DNA of 64,000 bases, taken from assembly GCA_964016885.1 (NCBI GenBank), contig OZ024746.1, positions 84,506,001 through 84,570,000 on the forward strand, given 5' to 3'. A model generated the notes under the pieces. It had not been told where the DNA came from and did not search any database. It saw nothing but the letters and a program-made list of their open reading frames with translations. The position numbers and the translations under genes are program-made. Below, in pieces: positions 12,531 through 24,783 of the stretch (its first letter is position 1; every line of letters starts with the position of its first letter). The DNA is from Eledone cirrhosa (taxonomy: Eukaryota).

Positions 12531-12993
12531 AGGTTGACGATTATATCATCATCAGCACCAATTAACATCCATTTATCCACGCTAGCATGGGTTAGACGAG
12601 TTGTCCTATTGTGAGAGAAGTCAGATCAGATGACCGTGTCTTGCTCATACAGAACTGTGTGTGTGTGTGTATGAATGTGTATATGTATGTATGTGTGTGT
12701 GTACGTGTATGAATGTGTATATGTATGTATGTATGTGTGTGTGTATATGTATGTATGTACATACCTATGTATGTATATCAGGCTTTCAAACAGTTTCTTT
12801 CTACCAAATTTCACTTACAAGTCTTTGATCAACTCACAGCTATGAGTACATTACAAAGCACCAGGTGCCGAACAGTGGGATCAAACATGAAACTATGTTG
12901 TTGTGAAGCAAACTTCTTACCCACCTGGTTGTATGTGTGTTTCCATGTATAAGTCCAGTTTCCAAATTAAGACCTAGCATTGCTTTCCACATC

Positions 12994-15900
12994 CTATCAC
13001 TCTTCCTACTCCTTTCTAACACTCTTCCTACCCCTTTCTAACACTCTTCCTACCCCTTTCTAACACTCTTCCTACCCCTTTCTATCACTCTTCCTACCCC
13101 TTTCTAACACTCTTCCTACCCCTTTCTAACACTCTTCCTACCCCTTTCTAACACTCTTCCTACCCCTTTCTAACACTCTTCCTACCCCTTTCTAACACTC
13201 TTCCTACCCCTTTCTAACACTCTTCCTACCCCTTTCTAACACTCTTCCTACCCCTTTCTAACACTCTTCCTACCCCTTTCTAACACTCTTCCTACCCCTT
13301 TCTAACACTCTTCCTACCCCTTTCTAACACTCTTCCTACCCCTTTCTAACACTCTTCCTACCCCTTTCTAACACTCTTCCTACCCCTTTCTAACACTCTT
13401 CCTACCCCTTTCTAACACTCTTCCTACCCCTTTCTAACACTCTTCCTACCCCTTTCTAACACTCTTCCTACCCCTTTCTAACACTCTTCCTACCCCTTTC
13501 TAACACTCTTCCTACCCCTTTCTAACACTCTTCCTACCCCTTTCTAACACTCTTCCTACTCCTTTCTAACACTCTTCCTACCCCTTTCTAACACTCTTCC
13601 TACTCCTTTCTAACACTCTTCCTACCCCTTTCTAACACTCTTCCTACCCCTTTCTAACACTCTTCCTACCCCTTTCTAACACTCTTCCTACCCCTTTCTA
13701 ACACTCTTCCTACCCCTTTCTAACACTCTTCCTACCCCTTTCTAACACTCTTCCTACCCCTTTCTAACACTCTTCCTACCCCTTTCTAACACTCTTCCTA
13801 CCCCTTTCTAACACTCTTCCTACCCCTTTCTAACACTCTTCCTACCCCTTTCTAACACTCTTCCTACCCCTTTCTAACACTCTTCCTACCCCTTTCTAAC
13901 ACTCTTCCTACTCCTTTCTAACACTCTTCCTACCCCTTTCTAACACTCTTCCTACCCCTTTCTAACACTCTTCCTACCCCTTTCTAACACTCTTCCTACC
14001 CCTTTCTATCACTCTTCCTACTCCTTTCTAACACTCTTCCTACTCCTTTCTAACACTCTTCCTACCCCTTTCTAACACTCTTCCTACCCCTTTCTAACAC
14101 TCTTCCTACCCCTTTCTAACACTCTTCCTACCCCTTTCTAACACTCTTCCTACCCCTTTCTAACACTCTTCCTACCCCTTTCTAACACTCTTCCTACTCC
14201 TTTCTAACACTCTTCCTACCCCTTTCTAACACTCTTCCTACTCCTTTCTAACACTCTTCCTACCCCTTTCTAACACTCTTCCTACCCCTTTCTAACACTC
14301 TTCCTACTCCTTTCTAACACTCTTCCTACCCCTTTCTAACACTCTTCCTACCCCTTTCTAACACTCTTCCTACTCCTTTCTAACACTCTTCCTACTCCTT
14401 TCTAACACTCTTCCTACCCCTTTCTAACACTCTTCCTACTCCTTTCTAACACTCTTCCTACCCCTTTCTAACACTCTTCCTACCCCTTTCTAACACTCTT
14501 CCTACTCCTTTCTAACACTCTTCCTACCCCTTTCTAACACTCTTCCTACTCCTTTCTAACACTCTTCCTACCCCTTTCTAACACTCTTCCTACTCCTTTC
14601 TAACACTCTTCCTACCCCTTTCTAACACTCTTCCTACTCCTTTCTAACACTCTTCCTACCCCTTTCTAACACTCTTCCTACCCCTTTCTAACACTCTTCC
14701 TACCCCTTTCTAACACTCTTCCTACTCCTTTCTAACACTCTTCCTACCCCTTTCTAACACTCTTCCTACCCCTTTCTAACACTCTTCCTACCCCTTTCTA
14801 ACACTCTTCCTACCCCTTTCTAACACTCTTCCTACTCCTTTCTAACACTCTTCCTACCCCTTTCTAACACTCTTCCTACCCCTTTCTAACACTCTTCCTA
14901 CCCCTTTCTAACACTCTTCCTACCCCTTTCTAACACTCTTCCTACTCCTTTCTAACACTCTTCCTACCCCTTTCTAACACTCTTCCTACCCCTTTCTAAC
15001 ACTCTTCCTACCCCTTTCTAACACTCTTCCTACTCCTTTCTAACACTCTTCCTACCCCTTTCTAACACTCTTCCTACCCCTTTCTAACACTCTTCCTACC
15101 CCTTTCTAACACTCTTCCTACTCCTTTCTAACACTCTTCCTACCCCTTTCTAACACTCTTCCTACTCCTTTCTAACACTCTTCCTACCCCTTTCTAACAC
15201 TCTTCCTACCCCTTTCTAACACTCTTCCTACCCCTTTCTAACACTCTTCCTACTCCTTTCTAACACTCTTCCTACCCCTTTCTAACACTCTTCCTACCCC
15301 TTTCTAACACTCTTCCTACCCCTTTCTAACACTCTTCCTACCCCTTTCTAACACTCTTCCTACCCCTTTCTAACACTCTTCCTACCCCTTTCTAACACTC
15401 TTCCTACTCCTTTCTAACACTCTTCCTACCCCTTTCTAACACTCTTCCTACCCCTTTCTAACACTCTTCCTACCCCTTTCTAACACTCTTCCTACCCCTT
15501 TCTATCACTCTTCCTACTCCTTTCTAACACTCTTCCTACTCCTTTCTAACACTCTTCCTACCCCTTTCTAACACTCTTCCTACCCCTTTCTAACACTCTT
15601 CCTACCCCTTTCTAACACTCTTCCTACCCCTTTCTAACACTCTTCCTACCCCTTTCTAACACTCTTCCTACCCCTTTCTAACACTCTTCCTACTCCTTTC
15701 TAACACTCTTCCTACCCCTTTCTAACACTCTTCCTACTCCTTTCTAACACTCTTCCTACCCCTTTCTAACACTCTTCCTACCCCTTTCTAACACTCTTCC
15801 TACTCCTTTCTAACACTCTTCCTACCCCTTTCTAACACTCTTCCTACCCCTTTCTAACACTCTTCCTACCCCTTTCTAACACTCTTCCTACTCCTTTCTA

Positions 15901-15995
15901 ACACTCTTCCTACCCCTTTCTAACACTCTTCCTACCCCTTTCTAACACTCTTCCTACCCCTTTCTAACACTCTTCCTACCCCTTTCTAACACTCT
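12994..15995. repeat. 22-bp minisatellite, about 136 copies (CTAACACTCTTCCTACCCCTTT), in the largest TDP1 intron
   Basis: Exact 22-bp period (the line pattern recurs every 660 nt). Variants CCCC/CTCC and rare CTATC. Confidence 0.98.
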
Positions 15996-16095
15996 CTTAC
16001 TCTCTAAGAATAATCTTCCCGAACTTTAGATGTTTTCAGTGCAAAAAGCTGTTCTTTTTAATTCTAGTTTATTTATTGTTACTAATAAGCAATTT

Positions 16096-17370
16096 TAACC
16101 ACCACTACCCCCACCACTACCCCTACCACTACTCCCACCACTACCCCCACCACTACCCCACCACTATCCCCACCTACATTCACACCTGTCTTTTAACCAC
16201 TCTTACACCCACTGTGTTGCACTCAGTTGTTTTCATTATCACTATCATCATCACCATCAACAACACTACTATCATTGGCATCATCATCATCATCACCACC
16301 ACCACCACCACCACCATCATCGTTACTATAACGAACACTGCAGACATCATCATCATCATCATCATCATTGCCATCATCACTACTACCATTGCTATCATCA
16401 TCATCATCATCACTAGTGCCATTTCCAACGCCATCATCACTGCTACCACTACCGTCTCCATCACCACTACCAACACCATCATCATCACCATCACTACCAC
16501 CATTACTGTCATCATTATCACCAACATCACCATCACCACGCCAACCACCATCATCATCAACATTATCATGATGTTTGTATTCAAAATCTTTTCCTTTTTT
16601 TTTTACTACTCTTCCTTTTCTTTTGTTTTTTTTTAGTAATTTTATCTTCTTCTTTCCATCTCTCTGCCCCCCCCCCTCTCTCTTGTTTTCCTTTTATTCT
16701 CTTTTCTCCCTCCCTCTTTTCTTTCTTCCTTTCGTCTTTTCCTACTCTGCTTCCTTCTTCCCACCCACCTTCCCCCTCCTCTCTTTCCTTTCTGCTTTTT
16801 TAGTCTTTAGTTCCTCCTCCATATTTATGTATCTTCATTATATATAAAGGAGTTTGTGTGCATGTGTGTGTGTGTATGTATATGTTCATATATATATATA
16901 TGTGTGTGTGTCTGTGCATCTAAAGAAGATACATTTCATGAAGCTATATATATATATATATAATGTATATATATAATGTATGTATATATATAATGTATGT
17001 GTATATATATATAATGTATGTATATATATATATATATATATAATGTATGTACATATATAATTAATGTATGTATATATATATAAATTGTGTGTATATATAT
17101 ATATATATATAATGTATATATATATATATATATAATGTATATATATATATATATATATAATGTATATATATATATATATATATATATAATGTATGTATAT
17201 ATATATAAATTGTGTGTATATATATAATGTGTGTATATATATATGTGTGTGTATATATGTGTTTATATATATATACACAATGGGTATATATATATATAAT
17301 GTGTATATATATATATAATGTATATATATATAATGTGTATATATATATATATAATGTGTATATATATATA

Positions 17371-17402
<32 letters not shown>

Positions 17403-17431
17403 ATGTGTATATATATATGTGTATATATATA

Positions 17432-17466
<35 letters not shown>

Positions 17467-17540
17467 GTGTATATATGTATATATATATATATGTGTATAT
17501 ATATAATGTGTATATATAATGTATATAGATAATGTATGTA

Positions 17541-17601
<61 letters not shown>

Positions 17602-17625
17602 ACACACAGACACACACACACAATG
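16096..17625. repeat. Low-complexity block: (CAC/CAT)n, pyrimidine tract, interrupted (TA)n
   Basis: Direct inspection. Confidence 0.9.
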
Positions 17626-18018
17626 CAAACTCACTCATAGGAAGATATATTATATGAATGTATCTTCATTAAATGTATCTTCTTTATACATACCTCATCT
17701 CTCTCATACTTTGCTATTTATTTATTCTTTGGTTTCTCTTTGCTGTGACACTTGAAGCTTAAAAGAAAAAAACTCCTCACAAACTACTAGTTTGCCATGT
17801 TAATCCTGGAGCTTAGCTCGTTAAGTGATTGGCTCTGCAGGATACTTTTATGACAGAGCTAGTATCTTCTAAGTCAGTGAAACTGGATAGCTAAATAACA
17901 CCATTTCTCACATGTCAAGCCGAGGTTTGAACCTAAATCCCTCTTCTCTACATCTTTTTTTGCCATCATGTATCTGACAAGGCCAAATAATTTTTGGCTT
18001 GTCTATAATTTTTTTTGT

Positions 18019-18068
<50 letters not shown>

Positions 18069-18927
18069 CAGTAGGCGGAGGTGGAAACGCCGAAGGTATG
18101 TTGGACACCACCGGACGACTTTTCCTGGTTACAATCCTAAGTCCATGTATCTGTCTGTGTGTGTTTGTATAAAGGCTTAGTGTTTTTTTTATTTTTAGAT
18201 CAATGGATCTGTACATTATGCCCTTGAGCAAGAAACTTCATGTTTCTCCAGTCTATCCAGCTAACAAAAATGAGTTGTACTTATAATTCGAAGGGCTAGC
18301 CTTGTCACATTTGTCTATATTTGGTGATCCATGAATTTTGTGGAACACCTGAAAAAGATTGTACATTACTTCTTCATCTTTACCCTCTTATTCCTGGGAG
18401 GGCTGAAGGGACAGAGTCCTTAAGAACGCCTTCCAACAAATTCTGTTAGAAGCAACTGTCTCCAATTGGTCCAGCTGGATCCTCTAGTGAGACTAGCTTA
18501 GCTCATTGTACACCACTTCCTTAGACTAATTAATTAAGCTAAGGGAATGTCTCACTGGTTGTTTGACCTGCTCAAAATAGCAGCCAAATCTTCTAATCCC
18601 ACCCTAAAAGAAATTGAACCAGTGAGGAAGCTTTTATGTGATCACTTGGCCTACTAGAAATAACAGCTAGTCCTCCCTCAAATCACATTTTATAGCTTGA
18701 AATGAAGGACACATTGAATAATGCCTTCCTAGTCATACTATGAATGGAATGGTCTTGAAGAAAAAGAGAGTTTAGGGTACTGAAGTAAAAAAAAAATAGC
18801 ATTAAAAAAATGAATTCAATGGTTCAAATGAGGTCAGATCCTAGAATAAATTTTTGATATAATTTTTGTTATATTTTTGATGAAATAATTACTAGTCTTT
18901 CTTGAGTTGTTGCTTTCACTTTTCCAG

Positions 18928-19036
18928 GACTTGAGACGGCTTAAGTTGACTAACGAAGTGAGTGAAGCTTCATCTTCTGAAAAACCGAGTTTTGTGCTCC
19001 CATATGATATTCCATTAAAACCCTACAAGAAAGATG
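18928..19036 (+). CDS. TDP1: TDP1 coding exon
   Basis: Acceptor ttttccag. Encodes DLRRLKLTNEVSEASSSEKPSFVLPYDIPLKPYKKD (conserved F.vPYD.P..Y). Donor gtttgt at 19037; 109 nt, phase 0 to 1, compatible with the next exon. Confidence 0.88.
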
Positions 19037-19074
19037 GTTTGTATTACCATTATTATTATTATTATTATCATTAT

Positions 19075-19268
19075 CTGCGGTGGATTGGCAGTATCAGTAG
19101 AAGGTCGGACGCCATGCTTTGACGCATAGAGTTACGGCCTTTGCCATTCTGAGTTCAAATCCCGCCGAGGTTAACTTTGCCTTTCATCCTTACGGGGTCG
19201 ATAAAATAAAGTACCAGTAATGCACTGGGTAATTGCTGGCATTGTGCCAAACATAGAAACAATTATTA
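19075..19268 (+). mobile_element. tRNA-derived SINE, near-consensus, about 40 nt downstream of a TDP1 donor
   Basis: gcggtggattggcagtatcagtagaaggtcggacgcc...gagttcaaatcccgccgagg...agaaacaattattatt. Confidence 0.85.
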
Positions 19269-19904
19269 TTATCTTAACCCTTTATCATTTACATTACTCT
19301 GTCAAATGTCATGTTTATCTAACCACATTATTTTGAGTTAATCATACTCGAGAGGGTTATAACTATATTTGTTTGTAATTTTCTTAATTTTGTATGTACA
19401 GACTTGAAATTTGTTGTTGGACATATCGATTTGTCTCTTTTGCCACAACTTTGAAGAAAGTTTGTGGCAAAAACCAAAAAGAAATAATCCAGTGCTTTAG
19501 CATCGGGAAGTAATGTGTGTTGTATACCAGTATTTTTAATAAAATTGGGAACATCTACTGGGGCATTGTGTTCTTCAGCAAGACACTTAATTTCCCATTG
19601 TTTTTCATGAAAAGACTGGAACCCCTATTAGTAACCGTTTTGTTACTGTATTTTTCATGAAATACACTTAATTTGAATTAATAAATAATTTGAAGGTATT
19701 TACTAAAATTATTGTTTCATAATTACGATTGTATTTTAAACATAATTTAACAAAAGGTTTTTATATCAGGTTATGTTGGAAGTTTATATAGGAACTCTTT
19801 AAAATGAGTGGTTCTGTTTCATAGAATCAGAAGTAGTTTCAGGCAGTTTCATATCAAAGGGATTATAAAACCCTCCAAAACCTCCAGTAAGTATATATAA
19901 AAGG

Positions 19905-20557
19905 TATAGTGGTGAATTGGAAGAACTGTTATAATGTCAGATAGAATGCTTTAAGGTATCTGTTCAAATTTTCTATGCTCTAAGTTCAAATCCTGGCAAG
20001 GGTAACTTTGCCTTTCGAGGTTGATACAAAAAGTACCAGCCTAGTACTGTGGTTGATTCTTCTTCTATATCTCTTTCTTATTTCCTCTCTATCATTTTCT
20101 CTCCTGGAAGAAATTGGCTGTGTTCAGAACTAGAGAAGGGTTGGCTCTGCCAGGTTTAAAATGCCAAGCAATGCCATATGTCACTACATCTCTATTACTT
20201 CACCATAAGTTATGAATCCATACATACCTATATAAAAGAAAGAACAGCAGCTATGTGTAATTGACACTAATAATATTACATCACCTTTATAATCGTGGTA
20301 TGGTTCCGTAACTCCTGATAGTCATAGGGGCGCCATATTGACATACAGAGTTTCTTGGGCATTTTAAGCCTGGTGGAGCCCATCCCTCTCCAGAGGAAGA
20401 ATCGACCCCAGTACTAGACTGGTACTTTTTTTTTTATCAACCTCAAAAGGATGAAAGGCAAAGTTGAACTTGGCGGGATTTGAACTCAGAGAGCCAGAAT
20501 GAATACCATAAAGCATTCTATCCGACGCTCTAACAACTCTGTCAATTCACCACCTTA
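19905..20557. mobile_element. Tail-to-tail pair of extended SINE-subfamily copies (+ 19905-20202, - 20340-20557)
   Basis: Both carry the SINE head and body plus a shared 3' extension (..agggttggctctgccaggtttaaaatgcc..atgtc and its reverse complement). Confidence 0.7.
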
Positions 20558-20672
20558 TAAGTACTCCTGGAAAATAGACTAAAAGTACTTCTAACAATAT
20601 ATGAGTTTTGCAGCTATTCCTGATAAAAATACATACATAGTTGATATTTAAGTATTTTGTATTTCTTTACAG

Positions 20673-20752
20673 ATGAACCTTGGATTTATGATGTTGCTCA
20701 CAAGGAACTCCCTGATTGCAATGGTATGATGTGGTGTCCATCCCTCTTATAG
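20673..20752 (+). CDS. TDP1: TDP1 terminal coding exon
   Basis: Acceptor ctttacag. Encodes (D)EPWIYDVAHKELPDCNGMMWCPSLL*, matching the TDP1 C-terminus 'PWIWN...PDTHGNMWVPS'. TAG at 20750-20752. Confidence 0.95.
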
Positions 20753-23700
20753 TACACTTCCATGCTACATTTATTGCCTAATGAGAAGACAAGGTCAAGC
20801 TGACTGCATAACTGATTGACTTGAGTTTTTAATTGACATGTCTCTACCACTACTACTACTACTACATGATAATAATAAATGGTGTCATGAGAGTAATTTA
20901 TCTTGCTTCCTACAGTGGCACTTCCACAAATTATGCCACTGTAATCTACCTGAAGAGATTATTCCATAAACCCTAACTCTACAAAACACCTGAAATCCAT
21001 ATCCAGTCCACCTCAAGCAAACAAAAACATTGGAAAAAATATATTTGCTGCAAACAGTATTCAAAATAAAGAAAAAAATAAGACTATGCTGATTTTTTTT
21101 TTTATATAATAATTAATTATAATCATATTTTCTCTGCATTTTCTTGTTAGATTTGTTATAATTGTTAATATATCAATCTCTGATTTCTTGCAATTTACTC
21201 CTTTTACTTTTAGATGTCCAAAATTACCACATCCAATTGTTGATCAGCTCTCTAATAATAATACGAGGTCTGGTATTTCTTTTTTGGCAGATTTTTAACA
21301 TGAGTCACATCCTATGGCTCAACTAAAAATGCCAAACAATGCATTGCATAGAACAAATATTGTGTTGACAATTTTTTGAATGGATTATTGGCTCTTTTGA
21401 ACAACTTCACCAATTACACTGTTGCCTGACTATCTTAGCTCTGATCATTAATGCTACTTCTTTACTGTATTAATTTGTGTCTTCAAGGCTCAGTTATCTT
21501 TTGTCTGCTTCAAATCTTTTGGTTTTATTTTGTTTTTTTGAGCAGCTCAATATCTGCTAATGTTTATATTATGTTTTCTTCTCAAACTTCTTCTGAAGCA
21601 GATTACCTAGTTTCTTTTCTCATTCTTCATATCATTAACCATTGATCTCTTTAAGCCTGTTTTTTTTTTAAGGTTTATTTTTACTACATGAGCCTGAGAA
21701 TAAAGTTGGCATCTGCCATTGCTCAATTTATTTTAGAGCTGGTTGCCATATGCTATCACCATTGAAATATTCAAAGATCTCAGAAGTTATTGTTATTCTT
21801 TCAGCCAGCTCTGTTAGGAAATACTGTATGGCAAGTTTTAGTCTATGGAAGAATTATTGAGTCAGCATTCTGGTCAAGGCCAACAGATTTTTAGTGTGAA
21901 AATATTGTTCTATGATTTTGTACTTTTTAAAAGAAATCACGTTTAAATCCTAAGTTTGTTGAAGATTTAACTGCTATATTGAACAGGTTGATAAAGAACT
22001 GTATAGTTTTTTTGAGGTTGATTCTCACAAATTTAACATATGACAAATTGTTTGTGTTATTTTTTTCATATATGACATGGATCTTTTTTTTTTTTTTCGT
22101 TGCTAATCTTCATTACTAAGATCTCTGATGCAACTTGCTAACAATCCATACTTAAACCTTTGGCTCTGTTGGTCTAATTGGTGAAAATCTTTAAATATTT
22201 CTTTGATCTCCTGAGGTTTCTTTTGTATGTATGTCTCAACTACTTGTAATCCTGGAAGTAGATATACAGAATTATTTATCCTTCATCCTAATAGTGAAAG
22301 TATCTAATGGACAAGAAATACAGTGTAGAGATAAATTTGCATTGAATCAAGACAAAAACTAAACAAAACAGCAGCTTGGTTTTGATTTCCTTATTGGAAC
22401 CAATTAACTTTACTTACATTACTAAATTCTTTGAGGAAAGCATGAACATCATATAACCTTATTTCTCTGGGGTCTTGTGTCTAAATAAAAGGATCAGTTA
22501 TTATTGTTTGGCACCAGTTCTACTCTGATTGAGTATTCCTACGATCAAAGGCATTCCAATTATGACCAATCTGCTAGTTTGTATATCAGGAATTTCATAA
22601 TCTAAGATGTGTTTTCTTTGTTTATGATGTTGGGGCATATTTGAAGGTATCTGGTTGCTATTTCCAGCAGACCAAGTGACTGCATAGAGACTCTCTTGAT
22701 TAAAATAAATCAGTAATTGACAAAGGGAGAGTAATTGGCGAGCCCTTATGAAGTAGTGTCTTTAAACCTGGTTTTGGATTCCAGTTAGAGAAACTTCATT
22801 TCAAATACTTCACTAGTGTCCTCATAAACAGCAGAAATATCATACAATTCTATTTTTTACTCTATTATTTAGAGTAATTTACCTTGCTTCCTACAGTGGC
22901 ATTTCCACAAATTATGCCACTGTAAGTCTGGAAGAAATTATTTATGTAATCAGCTTATGTTACTTTGTCTAAATCTCTATTAATTTTATTATGGTTGGCT
23001 ACTCACATAATTGTTTCTACTTTAGGCACAAGGCCAGCAATTACCCAGTGCATTACTGGTACTTTATTTTATCTACTCACATAATGTCATCTAATAGTTC
23101 TTTTCTTTATCTCTTCATGTTTATGTTTGCTTTTTGTTGTACAATTTCTTGGACTCTAATTTTGTTTTTCTACTCTTTGTGGAAACAATATTGTACTAGT
23201 TATTTTAGCTCCTTTTGTTCAGAGGTCAACTAAATAAAATATTAGTGTCAGATTGTGGGCAGGGAGAGTTGTTAAAGGTTTTGATAGGACGTCTTAAGGT
23301 ATTTTACTTAGGTTCATTTCATCTTCAGTTCCAATCTGCTGTGGCCTATTTGGGACGGTAGATTTAATCATGTGGACTGTGCTAAAAGCCCTTGGGGTCC
23401 TTTAGCACAGGTCATATTGTTGCAAGCAAACATCCAGACAAACTTTTGGTTTGAGGATACCATTGTCCCTCCTATTAGACTTGGAGGGTAAGGGTCATGG
23501 GAACTGCCCTTATTCATGACTAAGCAATGAAAAAAAAATTACTTTCAGTTTGTTTTCTTTTATTGCTCTTCCTCAGCATATTCAATGAAGAATTGTATGT
23601 TACATGCATGAATGTGTCTGCATATTGGTTCTTCCTAGTTGGGAAAATGGACATTAAATGATGATGATGATGAAGTACATCTTTAATCATGTGATATTCT

Positions 23701-24575
23701 GTATGTGAGAAATGGGAATATCTCTTTTTTTTTAAACTAATTTTGTGTGTGCTGACATTTCTTCACCCTGCTGTACAAACTTTTTATATTATAGTGAACT
23801 GTACCGTGTGGTGCTAGATTACAGGTGACTAAGCCAACTAGGTACCTGACAAACAGCCAGAAAGTCGACAATTCATATTCTATTCATTGGTACTATATTG
23901 TGTCCACGGCAAAGACATTTGTTTCTGAAATGTCTAAGTTTTCATAACTGTAGGTACTATAGTGTAAAAACACCCCATTACATTAAACAGCGACAGCAGC
24001 TTTGAAAAATGGACTCAATGGTTCATTAATGTGCAGTGCTGTAAATATAGAAAAGTTGTTTCTGCTTTTGAATTTGATTTAGTTTCTGAACTTCAACTTC
24101 AATTATGTGCTGTGGTGAGATCATGTCAATTGGTGTGCTGTATACTACAGAAATCCACCTCCAGATTCTCTAAACTCTCAGCAATACACCACCATGTTGT
24201 AGATGTTTTTCTGGTCCTGTGTGAATACCTTGTTCTGTTAATGGAGAGTTGAGTCTTGCAGTATTTGGTAATGGTTTTGATTTTTGCTCTTCTTTTCACT
24301 CCATTCCACTTCACATATTTCTTACACACTCTTTTCACTTCACAGATTTCTATCAGACTAAACTTGCCTTAGACACTTTACTGTAAAACAAAGTCTTCAG
24401 TGGTGATAGTGATAACCCACTACCCATCAAGGGTTGCAGATATACTTTTATTTAATTTTTCATACCATTATCTCAATAACACCATTTAATTTAGTGGTTG
24501 AAAAATGTGACTATGAAACCTCAAGCACATTGCATCATATCCCTTTTTTTTTTTATAAACCCCTTTTAATTTCTA

Positions 24576-24614
<39 letters not shown>

Positions 24615-24704
24615 TGTGTGTTTAAAACATTCAAATAACTGATTAAGCACACTCAGTACTGGTGAGTAGAGTTTAAATTTTATTTTCTAAGTAGAAAAAA
24701 GATA

Positions 24705-24783
24705 CAGTGACTTCGAAGCTTTAGCCTGGTTGATTCATCTGGCATCCAGATGAAGCAACTGAACTGAAACTTCGAGGTCACTG
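24705..24783. repeat. Palindrome with degenerate hammerhead cores in both arms
   Basis: cagtgacttcgaagcttt...tcatctgg-cat-ccagatga...gaaacttcgaggtcactg. Confidence 0.55.

Noticed and set aside
12994-15995. CRISPR-like or telomeric array
   Set aside because: There are no unique spacers and the unit is not TTAGGG. It is a plain minisatellite.
1-20752. Functional link between TDP1 3'-end processing and ribozyme cleavage products
   Set aside because: HHR motifs are at least as frequent outside the gene, so the co-location is explained by repeat density.
24126-24395. Antisense exon with a zinc-finger-linker-like IHTGPEK peptide
   Set aside because: Stops occur in the relevant frames, with no C2H2 pattern and no partner exons.
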